From Candidatus Adlerbacteria bacterium (GTDB lineage: Bacteria > Patescibacteriota > Minisyncoccia > Phycocordibacterales > SBAW01): DNA of 64,000 bases. Location: assembly GCA_963749085.1 (NCBI GenBank), contig CAVVLG010000003.1:219380-283379 (forward strand), in the 5' to 3' direction. Below the pieces are notes generated by a model that made no database searches, had not been told where the DNA came from, and saw only the letters and a list, made by a program, of their open reading frames with translations. How positions within the stretch are numbered: position 1 is the stretch's first letter; each line of letters opens with the position of its first letter. Shown here piece after piece: positions 20,031 to 31,043 of this stretch. The position numbers and the translations under genes are program-made.

Positions 20031-22967
20031 ATGGGTAAAAGAATACTATATATAGTAATCGGAACTTTGCTGGTGTTTGGCATTCTCTTTTTACTGTGGT
20101 CATGGTGGTCGCAGCCTAACCACCCTTCGCAAACTACCGGCACCTTTGGCACTGCAAGCAACAGCACTACGACCAGTAGCAGTTCGGGTCCGCCAGGTAA
20201 CGGCACCATATCACTCGGACAAACAGTCGGTGCAGGAAGCTATAACGCACAAGGCGTCTATGTAGGGCAGGGCAACGGCACGTACGACGCGCAGGGGAAT
20301 TATGTCGGCTATGTCAGCACGCAGAGCAGTACCGAGACATCAAACTCAACTGGAACGGTCGGTGCAGGAAGCTATAACGCACAAGGCGTCTATGTAGGGC
20401 AGGGCAACGGCACGTACGACGCGCAGGGGAATTATGTCGGCTATGTCAGCACGCAGAGCAGTACCGAGACATCAAACTCAACTGGAACGGTCGGTGCAGG
20501 AAGCTATAACGCACAAGGCGTCTATGTAGGGCAGGGCAACGGCACGTACGACGCGCAGGGGAATTATGTAGGTTATGTCGGTACTGTGGGAAGCACGACT
20601 GTGACAAGTGTGCCGGGTGCAATTTGGCTAGGCGGTACTTCTTTTAATCCGACGGGTATAAACAGTGTCAGCAGCGGTGCAAACGGCTTCGTGCCAACGA
20701 TTACGACAACAATCAGCAATAACGGCAGCGGGGCTGTGACGCTTATAGAAGCGCTCGCAGGAACTGCGATAGCGGGAACTTTGACATGCGCAGCACCAAG
20801 CTTAGTCGCAGCAATAGCAGCAGGAGGAACCGCAGTCAGTCTCCCGACCGTGGTCGGAGCAGCTACTGGAGTTACAATAACCACTACGGGAGCAGGACCG
20901 GAGTTTCTTACTAGTGGAATAGCGTCATTTGCAGGTGCTATTCCTGTCAACGATTATATTACTCATAACCAACTAGCGGGTTTGGGCTTGATTCAAGGTG
21001 CCTCTTTTGCTCTCCAAGCAAAAAACTCCGCGCAAGACATCGCATTTACCGGCAACAAAGTCGTCGACTGTTTTCTCAATGTCATCGCCAAAGTAGCCCT
21101 CCAGCAAATAACTGTAAGCGTCGTCAACTGGATAAACTCCGGCTTTAGCGGCCAGCCCGCTTTTGTCAACGACTATCAACAGTTCTTCACCAATGTCGCC
21201 GATGCCGCGGCGGGAGCGTTTATTCAAGGGTCTCCACTCTCATTTCTGTGCAGTCCATTTCAATTACAGATAAAAATAGCCATAGCGCAGGCCTATGCCA
21301 CGCGCGCCGCACAGTCCTGTACCCTGACTAAACTCATTAGCGACATTAATGGCTTTATGAACGGCGCCTTTTCAAGCGGCGGCTGGCCTGGGTTTATTTC
21401 CTTTACCACAGTGCCGACCAACAACCCTTATGGCGCGTTTGCCTATGCCCAAGTAGGTCTCGCGACTGCACAATCGCAGGCGCTTACAAATGCGAAGAAT
21501 AATATATCGCCTACGGGCTTTCTTAACCTCCAAAAGCTCTCGGGTTGTAGCGATCCTACTCAAAACGGCATCTCTGGGTCAGCGAGTATAGGTGTAAACC
21601 CGCAGGCAGCGATAGCAGCAGGAAAGGCCGCCTTGCCGCCCGGTTGCACGGCAACAGTGGTTACACCAGGAAGCGCCATTGCAGCTTCTCTGACTTCGTT
21701 AAATAACGCTCAAATCAATCAGCTCGGAATTGGCAATGACATTGATCAGATAATCACTGCACTCACGACCCAGCTCATGACCCACATAGTTCAAAACGGC
21801 CTCTCGTCGCTCTCGCAGACGACGACACAGACGCCCGCCGATATCGCAGCGGAGTCGCAAGCGACCACGCTGCTTGGTGAAATGCAAACCGAGACGACGC
21901 TCGCACAACAGCTCGGCAGTATATATCAAGGGAGCATCGGCGACATAGAAAGCGCCCAGGAAGATCTGAATTCGCTCGCCAGTTGCTGGGGCAGCGTCGC
22001 TTCCTCAAGCCCCTCAGCCGCGCAAGCGTCTCAAAACGCTTCAAACGCCAGCGAGATACTGCAGTCCCTTAACACACAGATTGATATCCTCAACAACAAT
22101 ATTACGGAGGTGAACAACGAAATAGCGGAACTGAACCAATTCCAGGAGGATGTGTCGTCCGCACAATCAGATGCCGGTGTGGCAAATGCCACGGCCAGTT
22201 ACAACGCAGCCGCCGGCAGCTTCCCCGCGCAGACCGACGTTACTACGGCCCAGCAAAACCGCACCACGGAGCAGGCGCAGCTGGCGACGCTTGAACAGTC
22301 AGTGCAGACGAGCCTTACCCAATGCCAGGCCGGCGGCAATGAGTCTTTCAATCCACCATGGCAAGTTTCAATATTAGTAACAGGAGTCACTCTTACCGAC
22401 ATTGGAGGCCAAGCAGGCAACCTTGCAGCCGGTAACACCGACCAGCTCTCGGCAACAGTGGCACCGTCCGATGCAACTGATGCGACAGTTACCTGGTACT
22501 CCGATACCCCCTCTGTTGCCACCGTCGACGCCAATGGTCTCGTGACTGCGGTCGCTCCGGGAACCGCAAACATTACCGCTGCCTCTACCGACGGGAGCAA
22601 TATAACCTCCAATCCTATTATCGTGACAGTTCCTACTTCTGCGGGCGGTGGTCAATCAGTCCAATCGTCGATACCAGTTGCCAGTATCACTATCACTGAC
22701 ACGGGCGGCAAAGCAGGCAGTCTTCCGATCGGCAGTACCGACCAGCTTTCGGCGACGGTAGCGCCATCTGATGCGACCAACCAGACAGTCACTTGGTCCT
22801 CCGACAACACAGTAGTCGCCGCTGTTTACTCAAATGGTCTCGTCACGGGACTTTCCCCAGGAACGGCCAACATCACCGCAGTTTCTACTGACGGCAGTGA
22901 TATAACATCTAACGCCATGACCGTGACGGTCAGCAACCCGCAGCAAGAAGATGCCGCCACGCAATGA
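20031..22967 (+). CDS. Large membrane-anchored surface protein with 44-aa repeats, coiled region and two Big_2 domains
   Basis: N-terminal TM; VVNWINSGFSGQPAFV region; two TDQLSATVAPSDAT..VTW..NGLVT domains. Confidence 0.75.
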   Translation: MGKRILYIVIGTLLVFGILFLLWSWWSQPNHPSQTTGTFGTASNSTTTSSSSGPPGNGTISLGQTVGAGSYNAQGVYVGQGNGTYDAQGNYVGYVSTQSSTETSNSTGTVGAGSYNAQGVYVGQGNGTYDAQGNYVGYVSTQSSTETSNSTGTVGAGSYNAQGVYVGQGNGTYDAQGNYVGYVGTVGSTTVTSVPGAIWLGGTSFNPTGINSVSSGANGFVPTITTTISNNGSGAVTLIEALAGTAIAGTLTCAAPSLVAAIAAGGTAVSLPTVVGAATGVTITTTGAGPEFLTSGIASFAGAIPVNDYITHNQLAGLGLIQGASFALQAKNSAQDIAFTGNKVVDCFLNVIAKVALQQITVSVVNWINSGFSGQPAFVNDYQQFFTNVADAAAGAFIQGSPLSFLCSPFQLQIKIAIAQAYATRAAQSCTLTKLISDINGFMNGAFSSGGWPGFISFTTVPTNNPYGAFAYAQVGLATAQSQALTNAKNNISPTGFLNLQKLSGCSDPTQNGISGSASIGVNPQAAIAAGKAALPPGCTATVVTPGSAIAASLTSLNNAQINQLGIGNDIDQIITALTTQLMTHIVQNGLSSLSQTTTQTPADIAAESQATTLLGEMQTETTLAQQLGSIYQGSIGDIESAQEDLNSLASCWGSVASSSPSAAQASQNASNASEILQSLNTQIDILNNNITEVNNEIAELNQFQEDVSSAQSDAGVANATASYNAAAGSFPAQTDVTTAQQNRTTEQAQLATLEQSVQTSLTQCQAGGNESFNPPWQVSILVTGVTLTDIGGQAGNLAAGNTDQLSATVAPSDATDATVTWYSDTPSVATVDANGLVTAVAPGTANITAASTDGSNITSNPIIVTVPTSAGGGQSVQSSIPVASITITDTGGKAGSLPIGSTDQLSATVAPSDATNQTVTWSSDNTVVAAVYSNGLVTGLSPGTANITAVSTDGSDITSNAMTVTVSNPQQEDAATQ
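20226..20579 (+). repeat. 132-bp tandem repeat, about 2.7 copies
   Basis: GTCGGTGCAGGAAGCTATAACG... restarts at 20226, 20358 and 20490. Confidence 0.95.
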
Positions 22968-22991
22968 CCGTGACGGTCGTCCAATAATGAT

Positions 22992-25622
22992 ATGAAACGG
23001 ATGTTCACCAAATTTACAACGTATAGCAGCATCATTCTTGTGGTAGTGGCAATTATTTTTGGTACGTTTCAACCCTTAGTGGTGCAGGCACAAAATGCTT
23101 CTGTTAATTGCACAGGCTCCAACAGTGCGAACTGCATTCCCAGTGGGGCAGGTACCACGGCCGGAGCTTCTACCGGTTCTAGTGCGTCAAGCGCTCTTAA
23201 CTGCAATGGTACCAACAGTGCAACATGCCTAAATGGTGGAGAGACTACCGTGCCTACAGCGGCGAACACTCCTGCCATAGCGGCAGCTACACCAACCGCA
23301 GGTACCCCAAGCAGCAAAAATCCTGTAGACAACACTAGCAATATCGGTTGCAATCTATCCACTGCAATTACTTCAGGATTTGGGGGAGCGTTCGCACTGT
23401 GTCTCACTAATGTGGTTTATATTTTCACTGTCGGGATTGGCAGTGGCTTTGCATACGTTTCAGCCTACTTTTTTGACTATGCAATAAGTCTTTCGCTTAA
23501 TAGCGCGGCTTATGGACTCGGTTTTGTATCGCAAGGATGGACAACCGCGCGCGACGTTGCCAACATGGCATTTCTCTTCGTCCTTATCTACATCGCGTTC
23601 CTTATCATGTTCGAAGCCGAAACCAGTGGCACCATACCCTTGCTCACCGCCGTGATTGTGATGGCTCTGATAGTTAATTTCAGCTTTTTCTTCACGAGAC
23701 TTGCCATCGATGCGGGAAACATTCTTTCGATTCAGTTCTACAACGCCATCACTGCGCCCTCTATAGCTTCGAGCGCCCAAAACACGGGTGTCGCCGCGGC
23801 ATCTATTGTTAATACTGCAAACAATGCATTGGGTAGCGCCAGTTTGGGCAACAGCAAAGACCTTACTGCGAGCATCATGGGGATGCTTCAGTTGCAAAAT
23901 CTATTTAGCAACCCGTCATTCAATGCCTTCTTTTCAACTAGTCCAGGCTTCATGGTTACCACTATCGCACTCTCCTTCCTGTATATAGCGGCAGCCATCA
24001 TGTTCTGGCTTCTCACCGTTATGTTCGCCACGGCGGGTATGAAGTTCCTCTTTCGCATCGTGGCGCTATGGTTCCTTATTATCGCTTCGCCCTTGGCTTT
24101 CGTCGCATATGCCATACCGGGCCTAAGACAATATTTTAAGCAGTGGCTCTCGCTGCTCATTGAAAATTCGTTCTATCCGGCCGCCTTCATGTTTATTTTT
24201 CTTATTCTCACTAACTTCTCCAATCAGATGTCGGGCAACAACGGGATTATTAGCGGTATCTTCACAGGCCTGACGCCAGGCACAAACACAGCAAGCGGTG
24301 CGGTGGCACAGATAGGATATGCTGCTGCGAATGTTGGCATTCGGATGGGCTTTGTTATTGCTATCCTCTGGGTCGGGCTTGAAGCATCAAAGCGACTTGG
24401 GGTGATGGGTGGCGAAGCGGCTAATAAGTTTGGCAGTTGGGTAGGAACAGGAGTTCTTAAAGGCTACAACGTCCCGTATAAGTACGTGGGTCCGGGAGCA
24501 TTGGCTGGGTTGGCCGATCGGGGTTTGCAAAAGACTAAATTTGGCAATTCGCTCCTCGGTTATGAATTGCGCCGATATGTTACAAAACCTCTCGCCGGTA
24601 CTACCATACCCGGCAGTCATGGAGAATCGTATACGCAACTAATAGAGCGTCAGAGAAAAGAAAGTTCTGAAAAAAAGGCAAATCTGCGTGATATAGAAAC
24701 TAAGAAAATAATCCAGCCGCTTCCTGATGTGGAGAAATCATTGCAGCCGCTTGCAGAGAAAGCAGAACTTAAAAAACTGAATGAGCAGGAAGAACTTAAG
24801 AGATTGCATGCCGCAGAAGTCGCTCATGCAGCTGGCACTGGACCGGCGCTCACCAGAGCTGAGTCGGATCGAAAGACCTATCTAGAGAGCAAGGGTCTGT
24901 CCGATATCAGTGCAAGCCAGGACGCAAGGAGATTAGCTCTTGTGGGTAGAGGGGTGACACCAATAACTGCGACCGAAGAAGATAAGAAAAAAACTCTTGA
25001 TGCAAAAAAATCGAACATAGACACGCGTCTTAAGTCATTGAGCGAGCGCGAAATCGGAGAAATCGGTGCGAAAAACATCAAGCCATATGTTCATGCGTTC
25101 AGCGAAAACCAAATAAAGACAATGAAAAATATCAAGACATTCACCGATGCTCAAAAAGAAGACCTCGAAATGACCTGGCAAGAAAAAGGCGCTGCTGCAC
25201 CGCTTAAGAAAGCTGATGACATCACTGATAAATTGGCCCAAATCGATACGGACCTTAGAGTCGTCGGGAAAGGACTAAAACCTGGAGGTGGAGACCTTAA
25301 GGGTGTCGAGATCATGCAATTAAACACGGCGAACACCACCAAATCTTCGGTAACAAAATCCGGGGATCTCATTACCAAGGACAAACTTGAAGCTGCCCTT
25401 AAATCCATAGGGAACGAGACTGAGAGGGTCAGGGGGGAACGTGACTCGCTAGGGCGCGGTGTGGGTACTGCACCTGCAAGAACGTTCTACGGCCAGCAGC
25501 TGAAGGACTTGCAAGATGCAAAGAAACAGGTCGAGGATCTAAAAGATAAAATGAAAGAGATTTCACCTAAAGTAAGCAGAGCCTCCGAGGGCGCGGGCAC
25601 TTTAACAGTAAGAGATAGGTAG
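22992..25622 (+). CDS. VirB6/TrbL-like polytopic membrane protein with long charged C-terminal tail
   Basis: GWTTARDVANMAFLFVLIYIAF, ALIVNFSFF, RIVALWFLIIASPLAF; context upstream of PrgI/VirB4. Confidence 0.65.
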   Translation: MKRMFTKFTTYSSIILVVVAIIFGTFQPLVVQAQNASVNCTGSNSANCIPSGAGTTAGASTGSSASSALNCNGTNSATCLNGGETTVPTAANTPAIAAATPTAGTPSSKNPVDNTSNIGCNLSTAITSGFGGAFALCLTNVVYIFTVGIGSGFAYVSAYFFDYAISLSLNSAAYGLGFVSQGWTTARDVANMAFLFVLIYIAFLIMFEAETSGTIPLLTAVIVMALIVNFSFFFTRLAIDAGNILSIQFYNAITAPSIASSAQNTGVAAASIVNTANNALGSASLGNSKDLTASIMGMLQLQNLFSNPSFNAFFSTSPGFMVTTIALSFLYIAAAIMFWLLTVMFATAGMKFLFRIVALWFLIIASPLAFVAYAIPGLRQYFKQWLSLLIENSFYPAAFMFIFLILTNFSNQMSGNNGIISGIFTGLTPGTNTASGAVAQIGYAAANVGIRMGFVIAILWVGLEASKRLGVMGGEAANKFGSWVGTGVLKGYNVPYKYVGPGALAGLADRGLQKTKFGNSLLGYELRRYVTKPLAGTTIPGSHGESYTQLIERQRKESSEKKANLRDIETKKIIQPLPDVEKSLQPLAEKAELKKLNEQEELKRLHAAEVAHAAGTGPALTRAESDRKTYLESKGLSDISASQDARRLALVGRGVTPITATEEDKKKTLDAKKSNIDTRLKSLSEREIGEIGAKNIKPYVHAFSENQIKTMKNIKTFTDAQKEDLEMTWQEKGAAAPLKKADDITDKLAQIDTDLRVVGKGLKPGGGDLKGVEIMQLNTANTTKSSVTKSGDLITKDKLEAALKSIGNETERVRGERDSLGRGVGTAPARTFYGQQLKDLQDAKKQVEDLKDKMKEISPKVSRASEGAGTLTVRDR

Positions 25623-25635
25623 TATACTACACGCT

Positions 25636-26292
25636 ATGGAGAGAAGAAACTACTCGGCAGAAGAAATACAAAAGAAATTTGATTCGCTTCCTGAGGAGAT
25701 AAAAGCGCTTCTTTACAGTCCCGAGATGATGGATGTTATTAAAAAAGTTGGGGAAAAACACCAGCTTCATATAGACCAACTCGATTTGTTGGAGAACGAT
25801 ACTGCTCAGGTGATGCTTGGATTCATTCAGACAAAGGACTACCCTGTGGCGCTGATGGACAGTCTTAATGTCACGCAGATAAAAGCCGACATGATTGCTC
25901 AAGATATGAACGATATGCTGTTCGTTAAAATTCGTGACTCAATGAAGAAAACAGATATGCCGGTCATTATGCCCTCAAATAAATCCGCCTCGACTCCACA
26001 ACCTATCAGCACAGTCCCGACGCCAACGACACATATGGTTTCAGCTGCCATGCCTATGCCAAAGCCAGCTTTTCCTGTTTCCTCTATTCCAATACAACCT
26101 CCCACTGCGGCAACGCAGATTATCTCCGTGCCCATGCAAACGGCAGATGTGATGCTCACCAAAACAACCGTGAGCATGGCGAAAAAAATTGAGGGTCCGC
26201 CCGTGCAAAATACTCCTCCTTCCGCCACCAAGATAGAGATACCCACACCGGGACCCTACAAAACCGATCCCTACCGCGAACCGCCAGAGTGA
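25636..26292 (+). CDS. Hypothetical protein (Pro-rich C-terminus ending DPYREPPE)
   Basis: ORF track; TATACT 7 nt upstream. Confidence 0.7.
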   Translation: MERRNYSAEEIQKKFDSLPEEIKALLYSPEMMDVIKKVGEKHQLHIDQLDLLENDTAQVMLGFIQTKDYPVALMDSLNVTQIKADMIAQDMNDMLFVKIRDSMKKTDMPVIMPSNKSASTPQPISTVPTPTTHMVSAAMPMPKPAFPVSSIPIQPPTAATQIISVPMQTADVMLTKTTVSMAKKIEGPPVQNTPPSATKIEIPTPGPYKTDPYREPPE

Positions 26293-26487
26293 ACCCTCAT
26301 TGTATTACCAATGCGATTTTTTCTTCGCTTTCCTCGCGCGGACAGCTATAGAGCTAATGGGAAAATTTACATTTTGCATTCATATGCCTCGCGCTTCGGC
26401 TCAAAAAAGGCCATTTCCACATGTATGAAGGAAGCACCTCACTAAAAGTCTCAGATCTGGCGCTTTTTCGCGCTATACTATTAGGCA

Positions 26488-26937
26488 ATGGCGCGGTATC
26501 AAGTTCCTCAATTTATCGAGGTTGAAGATAAAATATTCGGACCGTTGACATTCAAGCAATTCGTCTATATTGCTGGCGGCGGAGGGCTGTGTCTTGTTTT
26601 TTTTACGCTTCTACCGCTTTACATCGCCATTATCTTCATGATCCCTGTGGCGGCCTTTGCACTGGCACTCGCGTTCTATAAGGTTAACGGTCGGCCGTTC
26701 ATTGTAGTGGTGGAGCATGCTGTTGGGTATTTTTTCGGCCATAAGCTCTATTTGTGGAAACAAAGAAGCCAACAGGCTACAAACAGCAAAAAACCCTTAC
26801 CCAATATCTCTGTAGCAAACCAGCTGGTACCAAAACTTTCGCAAAGCAAGCTCAAGGATCTCTCTTGGTCGCTCAATATAAAGGATCGCGCCAAGATGGG
26901 CCTGGTTGACTCGGAGCGCACTGGATTTGAAATTTAG
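26488..26937 (+). CDS. PrgI family (VirB3-like) protein
   Basis: YQVPQFIEVEDKIFGPLTFKQF, two TMs, KVNGRPF. Confidence 0.85.
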   Translation: MARYQVPQFIEVEDKIFGPLTFKQFVYIAGGGGLCLVFFTLLPLYIAIIFMIPVAAFALALAFYKVNGRPFIVVVEHAVGYFFGHKLYLWKQRSQQATNSKKPLPNISVANQLVPKLSQSKLKDLSWSLNIKDRAKMGLVDSERTGFEI

Positions 26938-26941
26938 AAGT

Positions 26942-27607
26942 ATGCCAAACACAAAAGTAAAAGCGCAGGCGACCCAGGAATTCGTGCCCATCAAAGAGGT
27001 GCGCGAGGGTATTGTGATACTCAAAGACGGAAGCCTGCGCGCACTCCTTATGGCTTCTTCCATAAATCTCGCGCTCAAAGGAGCCGACGAGCAGCAGGCG
27101 ATTATCGGACAGTTCCAGAATTTTCTCAATTCGTTGGAATTTACTACACAATTCTTCATTGAATCGCGAGATCTCGATATCCGTCCCTACATCGCCCTTC
27201 TTGAGGAGCGTTTGGCCGCCGAGCTCGACGATCTGATGAAAATTCAGATACGCGAATACATTTCATTCATCAAGGATTTTACCGAACGCGCGAACATTAT
27301 GTCGAAAAATTTCTTTATCGTCGTCCCGTACGATCCGGCCTTCATCGCACGCGGCGGAGGTATACGAGGAACAGTTACTTCATTTTTGCCTACAAAAGGC
27401 GGCGGGAATTCCGTACTTACCGATGAGCAGTTTGAGGAATATCGCACCCAGCTGGAGCAGCGCATTTCAGTTATTGAACAGGGACTGGTGCGCACCGGCG
27501 TACGCGTTGTCAACCTCGGCACGGAGGAGGTTATAGAATTATTCTACAAACTCTTCAATCCGGGCGAGCTGGAGAAGCCCCTGCAAGTCACGCAAATCGC
27601 CAAATAA
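26942..27607 (+). CDS. TraC/VirB4 N-terminal-like protein
   Basis: TQEFVPIKEVREG, SSINLALK..EQQAII..FQNFLNSL; lies between PrgI and VirB4. Confidence 0.65.
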   Translation: MPNTKVKAQATQEFVPIKEVREGIVILKDGSLRALLMASSINLALKGADEQQAIIGQFQNFLNSLEFTTQFFIESRDLDIRPYIALLEERLAAELDDLMKIQIREYISFIKDFTERANIMSKNFFIVVPYDPAFIARGGGIRGTVTSFLPTKGGGNSVLTDEQFEEYRTQLEQRISVIEQGLVRTGVRVVNLGTEEVIELFYKLFNPGELEKPLQVTQIAK

Positions 27608-27609
27608 CT

Positions 27610-29454
27610 ATGGCAATCCTTGATTTTTTAAAAACAAAAAAGTCCTCGCCGCTTACGCCAGTCGCACCTATTTTGCCGGAGCAAATATATAAAGAGGGGG
27701 TACTAGAACTCCAAGACGTCATCGCGCCCTCGGCTCTCAAAATAACACCACGTGAGATAAACCTCGGCGATAAAATCGCGCGCACGTTCTTCGTCATGTC
27801 TTATCCGCGTATCCTCACCGACTCGTGGTTCTCTCCCGTCATTAATCTCGACCGCGTGCTTGATGTGTCCATCTTTATCCACCCGCTAGACTCCGCCGAG
27901 GTCCTCAAAAAATTCCAAAAAAAGGTCGCCGAGGTACAGAGCCAGATTATGGTACGGGAAGAAAAAGGCCTCGTGCGCGACCCGATGCTTGATACCGCCT
28001 ATCAGGATCTCGAGCAGCTACGCGACAACCTCCAACAGGCGCAAGAGAAACTGTTCGACGTCGGCGTCTATATCACCATTTACGGCGCTTCGACGGAGGA
28101 GCTCGACAAGGCCGAGTCGGAAATAAAATCGATGCTTGAGTCGCGATTGATTTACGTCAAACCAGCGCTTTTCCAGCAGGAGCAGGGTTTCAAAAGTGTG
28201 CTCCCCATAGGGCTCGACGAACTTGCTGTCAACTCGAAGTTGAATTCCTCTCCGCTCTCTTCCATTTTCCCGTTCGTGTCCTTCGATCTGACGTCAGATA
28301 AGGGCATACTCTACGGCGTCAATCGTCATAACGCCTCACTCGTTCTCTTTGATCGTTTCAGCTTGGAAAACTACAACTCAGTTATATTCGCAAAGTCGGG
28401 TTCTGGCAAATCCTACGCCACAAAACTCGAGATCTTACGCACGCTTATGTTCGACACGGAAGTCATTGTTATCGATCCGGAGCGCGAATACGAGTTTCTG
28501 GCGCAAACCGTCGGCGGCCGTTATTTCAACATCAGCCTCAACTCTGAACACCATATCAATCCCTTCGATTTAGCCCCTCCTCGTGAGGACGAAAGTGCCT
28601 CGGACGTGCTTCGAAGTAACATTGTTGCGCTGGTTGGAATGTTCCGGATCATGCTCGGGGGACTCACCCCTGAAGAAGACGCAATAATTGATCGCGCCAT
28701 CACTGAAACCTATGCGCTCAAAGATATCACCGTCGATAGTAATTTTGCTGATATAGAACCTCCGCTGCTGTCGGACTTCGAACTAGTCTTGGCTGGCATG
28801 CAGGGCTCGGAGTCCTTGGTGCAGCGGCTCAGCAAATACACCAAGGGCACCTGGTCGGGGTTCATCAACGAGCCGACCAATGTCGATATCAACAAAAAAT
28901 TCGTGGTGTTCTCGGTGCGCGACATGGAGGACGATCTCAAACCGGTCGCGATGTACCTCATCACCCATTATATCTGGAACGCCGTTCGTAAAACGCTGAA
29001 AAAACGCCTGCTGGTCATCGATGAGGCGTGGTGGATGATGAAATCGGATGACACGGCGTCGTTTCTCTACAGCATGGCTAAGCGCGGCCGCAAATACTTC
29101 TTGGGGCTCGCGACCATCACTCAGGATGTTGATGACTTCTTGAAGTCGCCCTACGGGCTCCCGATGATAACCAACTCTTCGATTCAAATTCTGCTGAAAC
29201 AATCGCCGACCACTATTGATAATCTACAAAAAACTTTCAATCTTTCGGACGAGGAGAAATATCTTCTACTGGAGTCAGATGTGGGAGAGGGTATTTTCTT
29301 TGCTGGGCTCAAACACGTAGCTATTAAAGTCATTGCCTCCTATACCGAGGACCAGATCATCACCTCCGACCCTTCCCAAGTGCTGGCGTTGCGCAAGCAG
29401 CGCGCTGAAGCAAGCGAGACACCAGCTGCGCCTGCGGGAAGCGCGATACAATAA
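27610..29454 (+). CDS. VirB4-like ATPase
   Basis: Walker A AKSGSGKS, VIDPEREY, Walker B LLVIDEAW, KRGRKY..TITQ. Confidence 0.9.
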   Translation: MAILDFLKTKKSSPLTPVAPILPEQIYKEGVLELQDVIAPSALKITPREINLGDKIARTFFVMSYPRILTDSWFSPVINLDRVLDVSIFIHPLDSAEVLKKFQKKVAEVQSQIMVREEKGLVRDPMLDTAYQDLEQLRDNLQQAQEKLFDVGVYITIYGASTEELDKAESEIKSMLESRLIYVKPALFQQEQGFKSVLPIGLDELAVNSKLNSSPLSSIFPFVSFDLTSDKGILYGVNRHNASLVLFDRFSLENYNSVIFAKSGSGKSYATKLEILRTLMFDTEVIVIDPEREYEFLAQTVGGRYFNISLNSEHHINPFDLAPPREDESASDVLRSNIVALVGMFRIMLGGLTPEEDAIIDRAITETYALKDITVDSNFADIEPPLLSDFELVLAGMQGSESLVQRLSKYTKGTWSGFINEPTNVDINKKFVVFSVRDMEDDLKPVAMYLITHYIWNAVRKTLKKRLLVIDEAWWMMKSDDTASFLYSMAKRGRKYFLGLATITQDVDDFLKSPYGLPMITNSSIQILLKQSPTTIDNLQKTFNLSDEEKYLLLESDVGEGIFFAGLKHVAIKVIASYTEDQIITSDPSQVLALRKQRAEASETPAAPAGSAIQ

Positions 29455-29458
29455 CTAT

Positions 29459-30019
29459 ATGAAGTTGCACTACATTTTTTTTCTTCTGGTAGCTATTTTC
29501 ATAACTGGACTTGCCGACGGCATAACGTGGGCTCTGGCACCTATACCCGGTATTGGATTTGTACTTGGCATTGCGATAGCTTTCTGCATCAACATAACCA
29601 TGGGCGTAGGGTTTCTTATGCCTCTGCTAGCTCTCAGTGATATGTACCACCCGCGCATAAGCCCTTTCGGCATTATCGCGGGACTCATACCTGGTGTTAA
29701 CGTGTTGCCTTTCTGGGTTGGGCTCGTCATCGCGGGCATTATCTATAAAACAAACGCGGAGGGCAAATCACTCGGTGGCGTTACCGGCACGGCATTCAAA
29801 CTTCAATCCATATATCAATCAGGAGGAAATCCTATTTCTAAAATGCGTGAAGCCGGTTCAGCGACACGGAACTCTCGCCGAGATCTCGATCGACCCGAGG
29901 TTCCCCGACCGGCTGATGCCGGCGAAGAGCGGCAAAGTATACGCACACTGCAAAATCTAAAATCTCCCCGTATGAATGAAGATATACGATCACCACAAGC
30001 TCATGCACAAACTGCATAA
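29459..30019 (+). CDS. Multi-pass membrane hypothetical protein
   Basis: 3-4 hydrophobic helices, charged tail. Confidence 0.65.
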   Translation: MKLHYIFFLLVAIFITGLADGITWALAPIPGIGFVLGIAIAFCINITMGVGFLMPLLALSDMYHPRISPFGIIAGLIPGVNVLPFWVGLVIAGIIYKTNAEGKSLGGVTGTAFKLQSIYQSGGNPISKMREAGSATRNSRRDLDRPEVPRPADAGEERQSIRTLQNLKSPRMNEDIRSPQAHAQTA

Positions 30020-31043
30020 AGAAATACTCGTTTGTGTGCTCATCGCTTTTTTTGCTTTCGCGGGCGTAACTCATGCGCAGTCGACCGACGGAGTGCCTCC
30101 TCCGGTGCAATATAACGTGGCGCCCGAAACGCCAGGACCAGATACACCGGTTACCATTACGGTTCAGGGGGTTGGCACTTTTTTGGGCAATTCAAATGTT
30201 ATCTGGTCGCAAGACGGTGCAGTCGTTTCCTCAGGTGTCGGAGACAGCAGTTATTCCTTCACTACGGGGGCGCTCGGGCAAGTAACGACCATACATGTGG
30301 AAATAGACTCCGCCACAGAAGGCACCATAACGCAGGACTTCACTATTAATCCTTCGTTGGTTGACTTAGTGTGGGAGGCCGATACCAGTGCTCCTCCTTT
30401 TTATAGAGGCAAACCGCTTTATAGCGCGGGCTCAGGACTTAAAGTAGTTGCCTTTCCAATAGTGATCTCAAATGGCACTCGGGTTGCTGCATCAAGCCTC
30501 TCGTACCAATGGACGCGAGATAGTGTACCCCAGGCGGCAGCTTCCGGACTTGGAGAAAACACGTTCTCTTTTACGGGCGACCAATTGCAAACGGGGGAAG
30601 ATGTTGAGGTTGACATTTATCTTGGCAATACGCTGGTAGGCCAGGGTGAAGTCGTGATTCCGAGTTCATCTCCTCAAGTGGTGCTCTATGATCAAGACCC
30701 TCTGCGCGGTACGTTATACGATGAAGCGTTGCCGAGTGCGATATCGCTCGACACTAAAGAGTTAACCGTGCAGGCGGTGCCGTACTATTTTTCAAACACG
30801 AGCATAAGCGACGGCGCACTCTCTTATAGCTGGACGCTTAACGGCAACACCATAACCGGCCCTGAATCCGCGCAGGGGATACTGACCCTACTGCAAACGG
30901 GAAGTGGAACGGGCGCGGCGAATCTCGCCGTATCGGTGCAGAACAATGATCCTGATAAATTGGTACAAGCGGCAAGTGCGGCGCTCCAAATTGTATTCGG
31001 GCAATCAACAGGTTCTAGCCCTTCATCATTCTTTGGACCATGA
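30003..31043 (+). CDS. Secreted Ig/PKD-like beta-sandwich protein
   Basis: Signal peptide ending THA; repeated LSYQW/LSYSW..NG strands; VDLVWEADT. Confidence 0.65.
   Translation: MHKLHKEILVCVLIAFFAFAGVTHAQSTDGVPPPVQYNVAPETPGPDTPVTITVQGVGTFLGNSNVIWSQDGAVVSSGVGDSSYSFTTGALGQVTTIHVEIDSATEGTITQDFTINPSLVDLVWEADTSAPPFYRGKPLYSAGSGLKVVAFPIVISNGTRVAASSLSYQWTRDSVPQAAASGLGENTFSFTGDQLQTGEDVEVDIYLGNTLVGQGEVVIPSSSPQVVLYDQDPLRGTLYDEALPSAISLDTKELTVQAVPYYFSNTSISDGALSYSWTLNGNTITGPESAQGILTLLQTGSGTGAANLAVSVQNNDPDKLVQAASAALQIVFGQSTGSSPSSFFGP

Noticed and set aside
22917-22978. 15-bp direct repeat ATGACCGTGACGGTC around a stop codon
   Set aside because: Only two copies 47 bp apart; most simply a local duplication scar with no supporting context
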